NCBI GenBank assembly: GCA_050944915.1
Contig: JBMNRY010000001.1
Span: 1 to 63,924 of the forward strand
Reading direction: 5' to 3'
Source: Limnochordia bacterium
GTDB lineage: Bacteria > Bacillota > Limnochordia > JAAZLZ01
Length of the DNA stretch: 63,924 nt
Below the pieces are notes generated by a model. It had not been told where the DNA came from and ran no database searches. It worked only from the letters and a program-made list of their open reading frames with translations. The translations under genes and the position numbers were made by a program. Of the stretch, positions 1-9,904 are shown piece after piece (position 1 is the stretch's first letter; each line of letters starts with the position of its first letter).

Positions 1-1022
1 GGCTGCCGGGTGGTGGCCCCGATGAGGACGAAGTCGGCCGGAGCTCCCTTTTCAAACAAATGCCTAATATATTTCGGTATATTAGGATCCTCGGGATCAT
101 AATAAGGCGATTCAAAGGTAACCCGTTTATCCTCCAGCACTTTCAGCAGCTTATTCTGCAGAATAGGTTCCAATTCACCGATCTCATCAATAAATAGCAC
201 ACCGCCGTGGGCTTCGGTGACCAAACCTAATTTTGGTTCCGGTATGGCGCCGTCGGCCATTTCCCTTTTGGCCCCTTGGTAAATCGGATCATGGACTGAA
301 CCCAGGAGGGGATTGGTGGCCTCCCGGGGATCCCAACGGATGGTGGTTCCATCGACCTCGACGAAGGGCGCTTCGGGACCGAAGGGCGTATGGGCTAACT
401 GGCGGGCATGTTCTAAAGCCAGGCGAGCCACCGTCGTTTTGCCCACCCCAGGCGGTCCATAGATGAGGATATGTTGGGGGTAGGGAGAAGCCAGCTTGGA
501 CAAGATGGATCGGATGCCTTGCCCCTGGCCGACTACTTCCCCTAGGGAAGCCGGCCGCATCAATTCCAATGCGGAACGGGACAAGCCCCGGGCCTCCAGT
601 TTTTGCAAGTAGGCATACTTCTTTAGTGTATGGGCGTTATCGGGGTTGCCCTCCCGCAGGATTTCTAGAGTCAATTCCTTGACATAATCGGCCTGACGTT
701 CCTGCATCCGCCGGGTGATCTTGGCTTCTAAGCGCTCTTCCAGCTTCCTGCGCACCAGAATTTCGGTGATTTTCTCTTCCAGTTGATCAAGGCGCGCTTG
801 GAGCTCCCCTTGGGATGGGGAATCAAAACCGATTACCTTTTCTAACGCGGCCAAGCGGTCTTCAGGTTGGGATGAACGCATTAAATGCAAGGCCCCGATG
901 CGGCCTGCCTTGGCTTGCAATTCTTCAGGGCCATATGCTTTAGTCAACAGGCCCATCAAGGCATTAACATGCTGTAGCAGGCCGATTTTCTCTGTCGGCT
1001 CCTGGGCCGATAAACCTTTCAT
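1..1022 (-). CDS. Lon-family AAA+ ATP-dependent protease (LonB/LonC-like), N-terminal part; 3' end runs off the window
   Basis: My own minus-strand translation from the ATG at 1022-1020. The frame is open to position 1, so it is absent from the ORF track. Sequence starts MKGLSAQEPTEKIG. Walker A is IYGPPGVGKTT and Walker B is GVLFIDEIGEL. It sits downstream of rplI, as in many endospore formers. Confidence 0.7.
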   Translation of the reverse strand, partial: MKGLSAQEPTEKIGLLQHVNALMGLLTKAYGPEELQAKAGRIGALHLMRSSQPEDRLAALEKVIGFDSPSQGELQARLDQLEEKITEILVRRKLEERLEAKITRRMQERQADYVKELTLEILREGNPDNAHTLKKYAYLQKLEARGLSRSALELMRPASLGEVVGQGQGIRSILSKLASPYPQHILIYGPPGVGKTTVARLALEHARQLAHTPFGPEAPFVEVDGTTIRWDPREATNPLLGSVHDPIYQGAKREMADGAIPEPKLGLVTEAHGGVLFIDEIGELEPILQNKLLKVLEDKRVTFESPYYDPEDPNIPKYIRHLFEKGAPADFVLIGATTRQ

Positions 1023-1060
1023 GAAGCATCCCCTTCCCTACCCGCTCCTCCTTAAGCCTT

Positions 1061-1510
1061 TCATTTAGCTTCCGTGACTTCGACTGTGATGTTTGCTACC
1101 ATTTGCGGATAGAGGCGCACACCGACCTGGTATGTGCCCAGGGCTTTGATGTTTTCGGCCAACTCCACTTTCCGCCGATCTATGTCGATGCCGAACTGTC
1201 CCTTTATCGCATCGGCCACATCTTGGCCGGTGACCGAGCCGAACAGACGGCCCCCTTCACCACATTTAGCGTGTACGATAACCTTACCTCCGTCGAGCTT
1301 TGCCAATACGGCCTCTGCTTCAGCCTTCTCCTTCTCGGCCCGGCGGGCGGCAGCTTTCTTTTGGGTTTGCAGCTGCTTCATCTGCCCTGCAGTAGCTTCG
1401 ACGGCTAATTGGCGGGGAATCAGGTAGTTGCGGGCATAACCATCGTTAACATCCACAACATCACCCTTCTTCCCAATTTTTTTCACGTCTTCCAGCAGTA
1501 TGACGCGCAT
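1061..1510 (-). CDS. rplI: 50S ribosomal protein L9
   Basis: 149-aa ORF starting MRVILLEDVKKIGKKGDVVDVNDGYARNYLIP, a typical L9 N-terminus. Synteny with rpsF-ssb-rpsR. Confidence 0.95.
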   Translation of the reverse strand: MRVILLEDVKKIGKKGDVVDVNDGYARNYLIPRQLAVEATAGQMKQLQTQKKAAARRAEKEKAEAEAVLAKLDGGKVIVHAKCGEGGRLFGSVTGQDVADAIKGQFGIDIDRRKVELAENIKALGTYQVGVRLYPQMVANITVEVTEAK

Positions 1511-1529
1511 CTTTCCCCCTCCTTGTAGA

Positions 1530-2480
1530 CTAATTTTCGGCCCTTTCCAGTTTCCGAAAATCGAACCAGGTATCGAAAAGACCGGCCCAGATGACGAAAA
1601 CGGAAAAGGCTGTCCCTGGAAGCAGGATCAAAAAGAGGATGAACCCCCGCATGAATCCTACTATGTTGTATTTATCTAATAAGAACCACACTAAAGCTAA
1701 ACCCTGGATCAAGAAAAAGTAGGTAAACAGAATCTGCAGATTGCTGGCAATAGTTTGGGCTAGATCACCTTTGGCGACCAACGGTAGGCCTAAACCGAGG
1801 ATGTAACCCCAGGCGGTATACCAGGGAAACTTCCACTGGGCAAAGGGCGGAAACCACCCTATTTCATGGCCTAACCGCCCAAGGATCAATCGGGTGAGCC
1901 AAAAATTGAGGAAGGCCAACAAAAGGGCCGACAACAAGAAGGTGGCCGGCAAGACCCGTTTCATCATGGCCATCATTTCCTGGAGCATTGTCTGGGCTTC
2001 GGCGATTTGGTCGGGTTCCATACCGAGGCCTTCGTAAACCCGGCTAATCTGATCCGCGGAAATCTCGAAGGATTCGAGCAACATCTCCATCACATTGACG
2101 CCGAAGAAGGCTTGGGAAACAAGGATCAATAGAACATAGGCGATTAAGGACGCGCCAACGCCGATGAGCAGCACCCGTGGGGCACTTAAATTCTCGCCCA
2201 TAGCCGCCCCTAAGGCCACCCCTACTAAGCCGAAAACTAAAAGAAGGATGACTGTGGTCGAGATATGGATTAAGATACCAGCCAAAAGGGAAGAGGTGAT
2301 GGCGACTAAAATTCCCTGCCGCAACCCATGACGGTAAACAAGGATAGCTAGGGGGACTGGAACGATGAAGAAGACGTAAGGAAAAACATAGGCCCCTAGT
2401 AGTGATAATAGGACCGTGATGGCCGCTAGCATTGCTCCTTCCGTTAAGGAGCGGGTTTCGTGCCTACCCAAAAACTTCAC
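1530..2480 (-). CDS. YybS-like polytopic membrane protein (DUF2232 family)
   Basis: 316-aa ORF with many hydrophobic helices. It lies between rpsR and rplI, as yybS does in Bacillus. Confidence 0.7.
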   Translation of the reverse strand: MKFLGRHETRSLTEGAMLAAITVLLSLLGAYVFPYVFFIVPVPLAILVYRHGLRQGILVAITSSLLAGILIHISTTVILLLVFGLVGVALGAAMGENLSAPRVLLIGVGASLIAYVLLILVSQAFFGVNVMEMLLESFEISADQISRVYEGLGMEPDQIAEAQTMLQEMMAMMKRVLPATFLLSALLLAFLNFWLTRLILGRLGHEIGWFPPFAQWKFPWYTAWGYILGLGLPLVAKGDLAQTIASNLQILFTYFFLIQGLALVWFLLDKYNIVGFMRGFILFLILLPGTAFSVFVIWAGLFDTWFDFRKLERAEN

Positions 2481-2794
2481 CTCTTATCATTTTCTAGATA
2501 ATGCAACAGAGCGGAAAAATCACCGTACCATTTTTCGATTTCGTGATCCTGCTCGATATTGGCCTTCACCTTGTTTTGTACCTTAGTCCCTAAACGGGAA
2601 AAGGAAATGCCCAGTCGACGGGCCAAGATGTAACTGCCCACCATCAGGTTAGCTAAAGCATCGAGGATCCGTTCCTCGCTATCGCTGAGCAAAGCCTTGA
2701 ACAAGGCCGCTAGACTGCCCAGAAGTTCGACTTTCAGCCACTCGATGGTTCGTAGGTTGCGAGCGATATCGACATCGGGTTTAGAGAGTTCCAC
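2477..2794 (-). CDS. small MazG-like family protein
   Basis: 105-aa helical ORF (IEWLKVELLGSLAALF ... ILARRLGISF) overlapping the next gene by 4 nt. It resembles the short MazG-like proteins found next to rpsR in Clostridia. Assignment is from recall. Confidence 0.5.
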   Translation of the reverse strand: MELSKPDVDIARNLRTIEWLKVELLGSLAALFKALLSDSEERILDALANLMVGSYILARRLGISFSRLGTKVQNKVKANIEQDHEIEKWYGDFSALLHYLENDKR

Positions 2795-2907
2795 CTATCA
2801 TCCCTCCCTGGCCTTTGCGCACCATAATTAGTTCCACGCTCGAAAAACCATCTCCTGCTCCCGACTAGACTGTAATCCCTGGTAAAAAGGTCAATAATAT
2901 GGCGAAG

Positions 2908-2930
2908 AGGTAAACCATGATGGTTTACCT
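2908..2930 (-). terminator. perfect 10-bp stem hairpin between rpsR and the MazG-like gene (attenuator or processing site?)
   Basis: aggtaaacca-tga-tggtttacct read directly from the sequence. No clear U-tract follows on the minus strand. Confidence 0.3.
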
Positions 2931-2959
2931 CCTAAGGAGCCAATTATTCGAAACCAAAA

Positions 2960-3202
2960 TTATTCGACGGTGAAGGGCAGTAATGCTACCTGCCGGGACC
3001 GCTTAATGGCCGTCGTCAGCTGGCGCTGATGGCGGGCACAGTTACCGGAAATGCGGCGTGGTAGGATTTTACCCCGTTCGGTGATAAACCGACGTAATCT
3101 TCCCGTATCTTTATAATCGACCTGGTCGATTTTATCTACGCAGAACACGCAAACCTTGCGTTTTCTACCTCGTCTTTTCCCACGTCTTTCTCGGGTCGCC
3201 AC
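2960..3202 (-). CDS. rpsR: 30S ribosomal protein S18
   Basis: 80-aa ORF with [15 protein letters not shown] ... [13 protein letters not shown], a typical S18 sequence. Confidence 0.95.
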   Translation of the reverse strand: MATRERRGKRRGRKRKVCVFCVDKIDQVDYKDTGRLRRFITERGKILPRRISGNCARHQRQLTTAIKRSRQVALLPFTVE

Positions 3203-3220
3203 CTGCTTCCCTCCTCACAT

Positions 3221-3601
3221 TTAAAAAGGCAGATCATCTTCCATTCCCGGGGGCAGATCCCCCGTATCCCCTTGTTCGCCCGATCTAGGCCAATCAAGGA
3301 AACGAACGGAATCTGCAACGACTTCGGCGACTTGTCTTCTTGAGCCATCTTGGGCTTCGTAGCTACGAATCTGCAGACGTCCATCGACACCGACCAAACG
3401 GCCCTTGCCTAAATTATTGGCACAAATTTCCGCTAGTTTACGCCAAGTGACGATATCGATGAAGTCGGTCTCCCGTTCTCCCTGCTGATTCGTATAAGGC
3501 CGATCCACCGCGATCCGAAAGGTGGTCACGGCAATCCCCGATTGAGTATAACGCAATTGCGGATCGGCCACCAGTCGGCCAATCAAGACGATCCTATTCA
3601 A
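3221..3601 (-). CDS. ssb: single-stranded DNA-binding protein
   Basis: 126-aa OB-fold sequence ([19 protein letters not shown]) with an acidic C-terminal tail ending DDLPF. Lies between rpsF and rpsR. Confidence 0.95.
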   Translation of the reverse strand: MNRIVLIGRLVADPQLRYTQSGIAVTTFRIAVDRPYTNQQGERETDFIDIVTWRKLAEICANNLGKGRLVGVDGRLQIRSYEAQDGSRRQVAEVVADSVRFLDWPRSGEQGDTGDLPPGMEDDLPF

Positions 3602-3620
3602 CAGAGCCGCCTCCTTTGGC

Positions 3621-3914
3621 TCATTTTTCTTCGATTCGCACTAATAAATGGCGAATGATATCCGGTGTGATCCCCACGATACGCTGTAGCTCTTCCACAC
3701 CGGCAGTCCCTACTCGGAACTGCATCACCACATAGAAGCCTTCGGTGAAATCTCTGATTTCATAGGCCAAACGGCGCTTACCCCACTTGTCTAACTTGGT
3801 GATCTCACCACCATCATCGGTGATGATCCCTTGGAGACGCTGCAGGATAGCCTCCATGGCTTCATCCTCGTCTAGTTGCGGGTTGAAAACCAGCATCATT
3901 TCATAAGATTGCAC
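3621..3914 (-). CDS. rpsF: 30S ribosomal protein S6
   Basis: 97-aa ORF with a GTG start ([11 protein letters not shown] ... [10 protein letters not shown]). First gene of the rpsF-ssb-rpsR operon. Confidence 0.95.
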   Translation of the reverse strand: MQSYEMMLVFNPQLDEDEAMEAILQRLQGIITDDGGEITKLDKWGKRRLAYEIRDFTEGFYVVMQFRVGTAGVEELQRIVGITPDIIRHLLVRIEEK

Positions 3915-3982
3915 CGTAAGCTCACCTCCTCCCCATGGACATAAGGCCCCAACTCGCTGGCTGGAGCAGGGATTGCACGTAC

Positions 3983-4011
3983 ATTATACCACCGGTGCAT
4001 AGCATTCGCAA
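3983..4011 (-). promoter_or_regulatory. sigma-A type promoter of the rpsF operon
   Basis: The minus strand reads TTGCGA-17 nt-TATAAT. On the plus strand this is tcgcaa at 4006-4011 and attata at 3983-3988. Confidence 0.5.
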
Positions 4012-4080
4012 CCTGGCTTTCCTTTACGCCCTCCCGACCAAGGACGGCCCCAGGAGGGAAGAGGAAATTTTTCCCCCATC

Positions 4081-4110
4081 TTGACAAGGGTAGTTGGAGG
4101 AAGTTATCCT
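4081..4110 (+). promoter_or_regulatory. candidate promoter of the ArsR-SdpI operon
   Basis: TTGACA at 4081-4086, an 18-nt spacer, then TATCCT at 4105-4110. Confidence 0.4.
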
Positions 4111-4114
4111 AAGG

Positions 4115-4138
4115 ATAGTTAGATGTTTATCTAACTAT
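4115..4138. promoter_or_regulatory. perfect 10-bp inverted repeat, likely the ArsR-type operator
   Basis: ATAGTTAGAT-gttt-ATCTAACTAT lies just downstream of the candidate -10 and upstream of the regulator gene. Confidence 0.5.
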
Positions 4139-4162
4139 TTAACGAAAGGGGAGGTGGTCCCT

Positions 4163-4456
4163 TTGTCCCCAAGCAATCAGGTATTTAAAGCCCTGGCTGA
4201 TCCGACCAGGCGGCAAATCCTCCGGCTGTTAGCCGATGGGGACCGACCCGCTGGTGAAATCGCAGCCCAATTTTCCATTTCCAAACCAAGTATTTCCCAC
4301 CATCTGAATATCTTAAAACAAGCGGGATTAATCAGCGACGAACGTCAGGGCCAAAATATCTACTACAGCTTGGAAACAACGGTATTCCACGAAGTCATCG
4401 GTTGGTTCTACGATTTTTTAGATAAGAAGGTTCGAAAGGAGGATCGAGATGCTTAA
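4163..4456 (+). CDS. ArsR/SmtB-family HTH transcriptional regulator (SdpR-like)
   Basis: FKALADPTRRQILRLL ... ISKPSISHHLNILKQAGLI. A TTG at 4163 sits 7 nt after GGGGAGG and is preferred over the ORF-track start at 4094. Confidence 0.85.
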   Translation: MSPSNQVFKALADPTRRQILRLLADGDRPAGEIAAQFSISKPSISHHLNILKQAGLISDERQGQNIYYSLETTVFHEVIGWFYDFLDKKVRKEDRDA

Positions 4457-5093
4457 AAGCAAAGGAGATGTTCTCATTCTTCTCTGGATACTGGCCATGC
4501 TGGTTCTCGGGGCCCTTCTCTACCCCCATTTGCCCGAACAGGTTCCCTCCCATTGGAATATCAAGGGGGAAGTCGATGGTTATTCGGGTCCCTTCTGGGG
4601 CGCCTTTGGCCTGCCCTTGCTGACCTTAGCTTGTTATGTAGGTATGGCCCTGCTGCCCCAGATCGATCCCCGCCGGGAAAATTACCGTCGGTTTGCCGCC
4701 AGCTACAACTTGTTTCGCCGGGGAATGGTCCTTTTCTTCTCGGTCATGTACGGGGTGACCCTTTTAGCCGCCTTCGATTACGATGTGAATGTAAGCCTCA
4801 TCATTCAGATTAGCGTAGCCCTGCTGTTTATTTTCATCGGTAACATGATGGGACGGTTCAAGTTTAATTACTTCGTCGGCATCCGCACCCCATGGACCTT
4901 GGCCGACGAAGAAGTATGGCGCCGCACCCACCGGGTGGGCGGGCGGCTGTGGGTCATCGCAGGGTTCATCGGTCTAATCGCTGCCCTTCTGCCCCCGCCG
5001 GCTAATTTCATCCTGCTCATGGGCAGTATCGGACTAGCATCTATCGGTACCATCATCTATTCCTACTACGTGTTCCGAAAAAAGACCGGCTAA
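4449..5093 (+). CDS. SdpI/YhfL-family membrane protein (DUF1648 + SdpI)
   Basis: 214-aa ORF with about 6 TM segments. Contains the LPEQVPSHWNIKGEVDGY motif. Overlaps the ArsR gene by 8 nt. Confidence 0.8.
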   Translation: MLKSKGDVLILLWILAMLVLGALLYPHLPEQVPSHWNIKGEVDGYSGPFWGAFGLPLLTLACYVGMALLPQIDPRRENYRRFAASYNLFRRGMVLFFSVMYGVTLLAAFDYDVNVSLIIQISVALLFIFIGNMMGRFKFNYFVGIRTPWTLADEEVWRRTHRVGGRLWVIAGFIGLIAALLPPPANFILLMGSIGLASIGTIIYSYYVFRKKTG

Positions 5094-5278
5094 TCTCCTG
5101 AAGTAGAAAGGATTTTCCGGACGCCCTTTTCAAACTTGGGCCGGGACAGCATGACAATCCGGCCGCAACCTTGGCATTTGATCCGGAAATCCATGCCCAC
5201 CCGCAAGACTTCCCATTCTTTACTGCCACAGGGATGTTCCTTTTTCATCTCCACGATATCGCCTAAACGGAATTTCAT
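5090..5278 (-). CDS. DUF951-family small protein
   Basis: 62-aa ORF: MKFRLGDIVEMKKEHPCGSKEWEVLRVGMDFRIKCQGCGR, with a CxxC pair. Confidence 0.8.
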   Translation of the reverse strand: MKFRLGDIVEMKKEHPCGSKEWEVLRVGMDFRIKCQGCGRIVMLSRPKFEKGVRKILSTSGD

Positions 5279-5481
5279 GGCTTCCTTTCTGCCAGGCCCA
5301 AGGCCTGGCAGTTACCTTCACCTCCTCAAATCCAATCCATTCCTAACAAATCTTTGCTGTCGACGGAAACCAGTGCCTATGGTATGCTGTACAAAAGATA
5401 TTTTAAGCCTATTATGCCATAACAAGGACGGCCACCGCCAGGGTTCGACCTTAGAGTTGGCCTGTATTAAGGAGGATTTCC

Positions 5482-6165
5482 GTGTCCAAGCTGCCTTTGG
5501 CCATATTCCTGGTGATTCTTTTGACCACTACCAGCTGGGCCCAGCCCCTCCAAGTAAAGACGGAAGTGATCTCCCACGGGGATGATCTAGCCCAAATCCA
5601 ACTCCACCTGCCTGTCATCGAGGGTATCGCCGATGAAGACCTGGCCCGAAGGGTCAACGACCTTCTGCGGGATCCCTTTTTGGCCTGGGCAGAGGAAATC
5701 ACCGCCTTAGGCCACGAGACCTATGAAGAAATGGGCGCTGAATTACCTTGGTTTCCTTATCATCTGGAGGCCGATTATGAGGTGAAATATAACGATGGGC
5801 GTTATTTTTCCTTGACCCAATTGGGTTGGGCATTTACCGGCGGTGCCCATGGCCTGCCGGTCTTATCAAGCTCAAATTTGGATTTAGTCGCCGGCCAGGT
5901 ATTGACCTCTCCCCAGGATTTAGCCTTAAGGCCCGATCATCGAGAGATCATCCTCACCGAAATCAACAGGCAAATAGCGGCCCGTCCGGAAGACTATTTC
6001 GATCCCCAGGTCGATGATTTCCAAGAAGATGCCTTTTATCTAACCCCCGAAGGGTTAGTCATCTACTATCAGCCCTATGAGATCGCCCCCTATGTCACAG
6101 GGATTCCCCAATTCTCCATCCCTTGGGATCTACTGCATCCTCTCCCTGAGGACTTTGGATCCTAA
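5482..6165 (+). CDS. secreted DUF4163/DUF3298 (RsiV-like) domain protein
   Basis: GTG start after AAGGAGG. Signal peptide present. The TGGAHG motif is typical of DUF3298. Confidence 0.7.
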   Translation: MSKLPLAIFLVILLTTTSWAQPLQVKTEVISHGDDLAQIQLHLPVIEGIADEDLARRVNDLLRDPFLAWAEEITALGHETYEEMGAELPWFPYHLEADYEVKYNDGRYFSLTQLGWAFTGGAHGLPVLSSSNLDLVAGQVLTSPQDLALRPDHREIILTEINRQIAARPEDYFDPQVDDFQEDAFYLTPEGLVIYYQPYEIAPYVTGIPQFSIPWDLLHPLPEDFGS

Positions 6166-6286
6166 TCCGATTGAAGCTAACCTTCAAAGGCTTTTTTCTG
6201 CCCATAAGGAATATATGACCAGGAGTTCGACCCTGTGGCGAGAAGATGTTTGGGAAAACCTATAAAGAAAGGAAGATTCCTAATCT

Positions 6287-7228
6287 ATGAATTCCATCTT
6301 CGCTATGGTCCTCAATCTAACGTCCCAACGTAAAGGATTGGTCCTCTTTTTAATGACCGGATTGGTCTTAGGCCTCCTGGCCGGCCATAACCTCCCCGGT
6401 CGAGCCCGGGCTGCCGCCGATGATGTGGTCCTGTTTATCAACGGTGAGCCCATCACCAAGGATGAATTTTACGGACGGCTCGAGCAAGAAGGAGGACAGG
6501 AGATCCTCCAACAAATGATCATGGAAAAGGTAGTCTACCAGGCGGCGGAAGCAGCTGGGATCACCCCCGATCCCGAACAATTGGAAGAAGAATTTCAAAC
6601 CTTTAAGGCCGGTTACTTCTTGGATGAACAGCATTTCCAGATGACTTTGGCCCAATATGGGATTACAGAAGACCAGCTCCGCCGGGAAATGAAGTTGATG
6701 TCCATCTTAGAAGAACTGGCTGCCAAAGATGTGATCATCACCGAGGCCGATATCGAAGCCTATTTCGCCGAAAACAAAACTCGCTTCGATCAGCCAGAAC
6801 AAGTGCGGGCCAGTCATATCCTCGTCGATGATGAAGCGCTAGCAGCAGAAATCCTCGCCCAGCTCCAAGAAGGAGCCGATTTTGCCCAGTTAGCAGCCGA
6901 GCATTCCATCGACCCCGGCAGTAAGGAACGGGGCGGTGATTTAGGATTCTTTACCGAAGACAGGATGGTGCCCGAATTCAGCGCCGCCGCCTTCGCTTTA
7001 GATGTGGGAGAATTAAGTGAAGTCGTTCAATCCACCTACGGCTACCACATCATCCTCGTCACCGACCGGCAGGAAGCAGTGGAAGCTACCTTGGAAAGCA
7101 GCAAAGACCAGATTCAACAGCTGCTGCGGCAAGAAAGGGCCCGCGATGTGAACGAAGTCTTCCAAGAACTGCGCACCGGGGCTAAAATCGAAGTGAAGTG
7201 GGAACAATATGCTCCCTTAGGTCAGTAG
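6287..7228 (+). CDS. peptidyl-prolyl cis-trans isomerase, parvulin type (PrsA/SurA-like)
   Basis: N-terminal anchor, SurA-N-like helical region, and a PpiC domain (VRASHILV ... GGDLGFF ... GYHIILV). Confidence 0.85.
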   Translation: MNSIFAMVLNLTSQRKGLVLFLMTGLVLGLLAGHNLPGRARAAADDVVLFINGEPITKDEFYGRLEQEGGQEILQQMIMEKVVYQAAEAAGITPDPEQLEEEFQTFKAGYFLDEQHFQMTLAQYGITEDQLRREMKLMSILEELAAKDVIITEADIEAYFAENKTRFDQPEQVRASHILVDDEALAAEILAQLQEGADFAQLAAEHSIDPGSKERGGDLGFFTEDRMVPEFSAAAFALDVGELSEVVQSTYGYHIILVTDRQEAVEATLESSKDQIQQLLRQERARDVNEVFQELRTGAKIEVKWEQYAPLGQ

Positions 7229-7240
7229 TAGAAATGGGTA

Positions 7241-7275
7241 GGGTCTATGGACAAACCATAGACCCTCTTTTTTTT
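7241..7275. terminator. bidirectional intrinsic terminator between the PPIase and mscS genes
   Basis: gggtctatgg-acaa-ccatagaccc followed by a T-run. Confidence 0.7.
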
Positions 7276-8164
7276 ATTCCTCTTCACCTTTATTGGCGAT
7301 AACTAAATGATGGCGGGGATACGGTATGACAATACCGGCGGCATCGAAGGCATCTTTGATCCGACGGCGCAGCTCCCTTTCCATACCCCATTGGTTCATG
7401 GGCTTCGTCCGGGCCATGACGGTTAGCTCAACACCCCGCTCGCCCAAATCACTGACGCCGAGCACCCGTGGTTCCTCCACCAAATTGGGAAGGTCCCCTT
7501 GAATATTAGCAAAAAGCTCCTCCAAGACGCCGATGGCTCGATCGAGATTTTCCTCATAGGGGATGGTGACCGTCACCCGGGCCCGCATGGACTGACCCAT
7601 ATGGTTGGTGACCTGGTCGATGGAACCATTGGGGATAATATGCATCTCTCCCCCAAAATTCCGCAGTTTCGTCACCCGCAAACCCATCTCTTCCACCACG
7701 CCGCTGTGACCACCGATGGTTACATAATCACCAACACCAAAATGGTCTTCAAAGAGAATGAAAAAGCCGGTGATCACATCTTTGACCAGGTTTTGGGCCC
7801 CGAAACCGACGGCTAAACCACCGATCCCTGCGGTAGCCAAAATGGTGGCCGTTTGAATTCCCAATTCCCCCAAGAACATGGTGCCGCCGATGAAATAAAT
7901 GACATAACGGGAGATACTCTGGATGATGGTCCTTAAGGTTTTCGACCGGCGGGCATCGATATAGCCTTTGCCCTCTTCGGAAAGATTGAATAGTTTTTCG
8001 ATGAAGGCATCGGAGAAACTAACGGCTAACAGGGTGCCCAACAGGATTAGCCCTAAGCGGGCTAAAGTGCGCAACGCGACAAATACCAGTTCCGGCGAAA
8101 TGATTCCCTGCCAAATATCCATAGATGTCGTCGCCTTTGGTCCATCGGCTAGCGATGGAGCCAC
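7274..8164 (-). CDS. small-conductance mechanosensitive channel (MscS family)
   Basis: 296-aa ORF with TM helices followed by GDYVTIGGHSGVVEEMGLRVTKLRNFGGEMHIIPNG. Confidence 0.85.
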   Translation of the reverse strand: MAPSLADGPKATTSMDIWQGIISPELVFVALRTLARLGLILLGTLLAVSFSDAFIEKLFNLSEEGKGYIDARRSKTLRTIIQSISRYVIYFIGGTMFLGELGIQTATILATAGIGGLAVGFGAQNLVKDVITGFFILFEDHFGVGDYVTIGGHSGVVEEMGLRVTKLRNFGGEMHIIPNGSIDQVTNHMGQSMRARVTVTIPYEENLDRAIGVLEELFANIQGDLPNLVEEPRVLGVSDLGERGVELTVMARTKPMNQWGMERELRRRIKDAFDAAGIVIPYPRHHLVIANKGEEE

Positions 8165-8205
8165 GGCCTACCTCCAATCGGGAAATATTGGTTCTTCCAC
8201 CATTA

Positions 8206-9063
8206 TTATATATCGACGACCTGTTCTTGGCCAGGGTTCTTGCTTCCCGATCGATTGCGAGGGTAGGAACCTAAAACATGGAGTTCCTTACATTGCCTTT
8301 TCACCGCGGCTAGGGCTTCCTTGGCCGGCGAGAGGAGCCGATGTCCGACGAAATCGATGAAGAAACGATATTGGCCCAAATAACGCTTAGTGGGCCGGGA
8401 TTCGATTTTCGTAAGGTTGATCTGCCTGGTGGCGAATTCCGCCAAGATATGGTACAAAACTCCGGGACCTTCCGAAAGGGGAGTAAAGACGATGGATGTG
8501 AGATCATCCCCCGAGGGAGGAGCATCCCCAGAACCGATGACCAAAAACCGGGAAACATTCTCGGGGGCATCTTGGATGCAGGCAGCGACGATGTCCAAAT
8601 CATAAAGGTCGGCCAAAATCCGGGGGCCGATGGCTAACCCTCCAGCATCGACGAGGTTGGCGGCCGCCTCGGCGGTGCTGGCTGCCCACCGCCGCTCAAC
8701 CTGGGGATAATGCTTATCTAAATAACCGCGACATTGGGCTAGGGCCTGGGGGTGGGAACTAATATACTCCACTGGGCCTTGGGCACCCCGAACCCGCAGC
8801 AGATAATGATCGACGGGAATAACTAATTCCCCCTGGACTAAAGGACGGCCAATCTTAGCTAGATCATCGAGGGTTTGGGTCACTGAACCCTGGAGGGAGT
8901 TCTCTACGGGAACGATGCCTTGGCTGATTTCCCTCGCGGCCAGGGCCTCGAAAACACCGCTGATGCTGGGATAGGGTTGGAGCCTTGCGGCATCACCCTC
9001 CACATATTGCAGCGCCGCCTCTTGACTGAAGGTCCCCTGGGGACCTAAATAGCCGACCTTCAC
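8206..9063 (-). CDS. pheA: prephenate dehydratase
   Basis: MKVGYLGPQGTFSQEAA ... TRF ... ESRP, with an ACT domain at the C-terminus. Confidence 0.9.
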   Translation of the reverse strand: MKVGYLGPQGTFSQEAALQYVEGDAARLQPYPSISGVFEALAAREISQGIVPVENSLQGSVTQTLDDLAKIGRPLVQGELVIPVDHYLLRVRGAQGPVEYISSHPQALAQCRGYLDKHYPQVERRWAASTAEAAANLVDAGGLAIGPRILADLYDLDIVAACIQDAPENVSRFLVIGSGDAPPSGDDLTSIVFTPLSEGPGVLYHILAEFATRQINLTKIESRPTKRYLGQYRFFIDFVGHRLLSPAKEALAAVKRQCKELHVLGSYPRNRSGSKNPGQEQVVDI

Positions 9064-9897
9064 TTACATCGCCCTCCTCCTTAAGATCTGGTCCATCCAG
9101 CGTATATCATCCATCAACGCCCTAAACTGCTGGGGGCCCAAAGACTGCTCCCCATCACATAGGGCCTGCTCCGGCTGGGGATGGGTCTCGATCATCAACC
9201 CGTGGGCTCCCACACCCAGGGCCGCCTTGGCTAAGGGCAGCACATATTGGCTGCGGCCGCTGGCATGACTGGGATCGACAATGACGGGAAGATGGGTCAG
9301 CTCCTTCACCGCCACCACTCCGGTGATATCGAGGGTATTGCGGAAAGCCGTCTCATAGGTGCGAATACCCCGCTCGCACAAGATCACCCGCTGGTTACCC
9401 CCCGCCATGATGTATTCAGCGGCCAGGAGCCACTCTTCGATGGTGGCCGCCAAGCCCCTCTTGAGCAACACCGGTTTATCTATGCGACCTAGGGTCTTTA
9501 GCAGGGAGAAGTTCTGCATATTCCGGGAGCCCACCTGAAGGATATCTACATACTGGGCCACCAGCTCCACATCGGCCGCCTCCATAACCTCGGAGATGGT
9601 GGGCAACCCAACCCTAGCCCCCGCTTCCTGAAGGATGGCCAACCCTTCCTCCCCCAGCCCCTGGAAGCTGTAGGGTGATGTGCGGGGCTTAAAGGCACCG
9701 CCCCGTAGGATGGTCCCCCCGGCCTCCCGGACCATTTCCGCGGCGGCAAACATCTGCTCCCGGCTTTCCACCGCGCAAGGCCCAGCGATAATGGTCAAAT
9801 TGTCCCCCCCGACCATGGTCTGACCGACGGAAATGACGGTGTCGGCTCCCTTGCGGGCCACGAGGCTGGCCCCTTCTAAAACTCCCTTTGTCAACAT
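9064..9897 (-). CDS. aroF: 3-deoxy-7-phosphoheptulonate (DAHP) synthase, type I-beta
   Basis: [12 protein letters not shown] ... [17 protein letters not shown] ... DPSH. The ATG at 9897 lies downstream of the T-box terminator and is preferred. The ORF-track start at 10014 would lie inside the leader. Confidence 0.9.
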   Translation of the reverse strand: MLTKGVLEGASLVARKGADTVISVGQTMVGGDNLTIIAGPCAVESREQMFAAAEMVREAGGTILRGGAFKPRTSPYSFQGLGEEGLAILQEAGARVGLPTISEVMEAADVELVAQYVDILQVGSRNMQNFSLLKTLGRIDKPVLLKRGLAATIEEWLLAAEYIMAGGNQRVILCERGIRTYETAFRNTLDITGVVAVKELTHLPVIVDPSHASGRSQYVLPLAKAALGVGAHGLMIETHPQPEQALCDGEQSLGPQQFRALMDDIRWMDQILRRRAM

Positions 9898-9904
9898 GCT
9901 ATCG

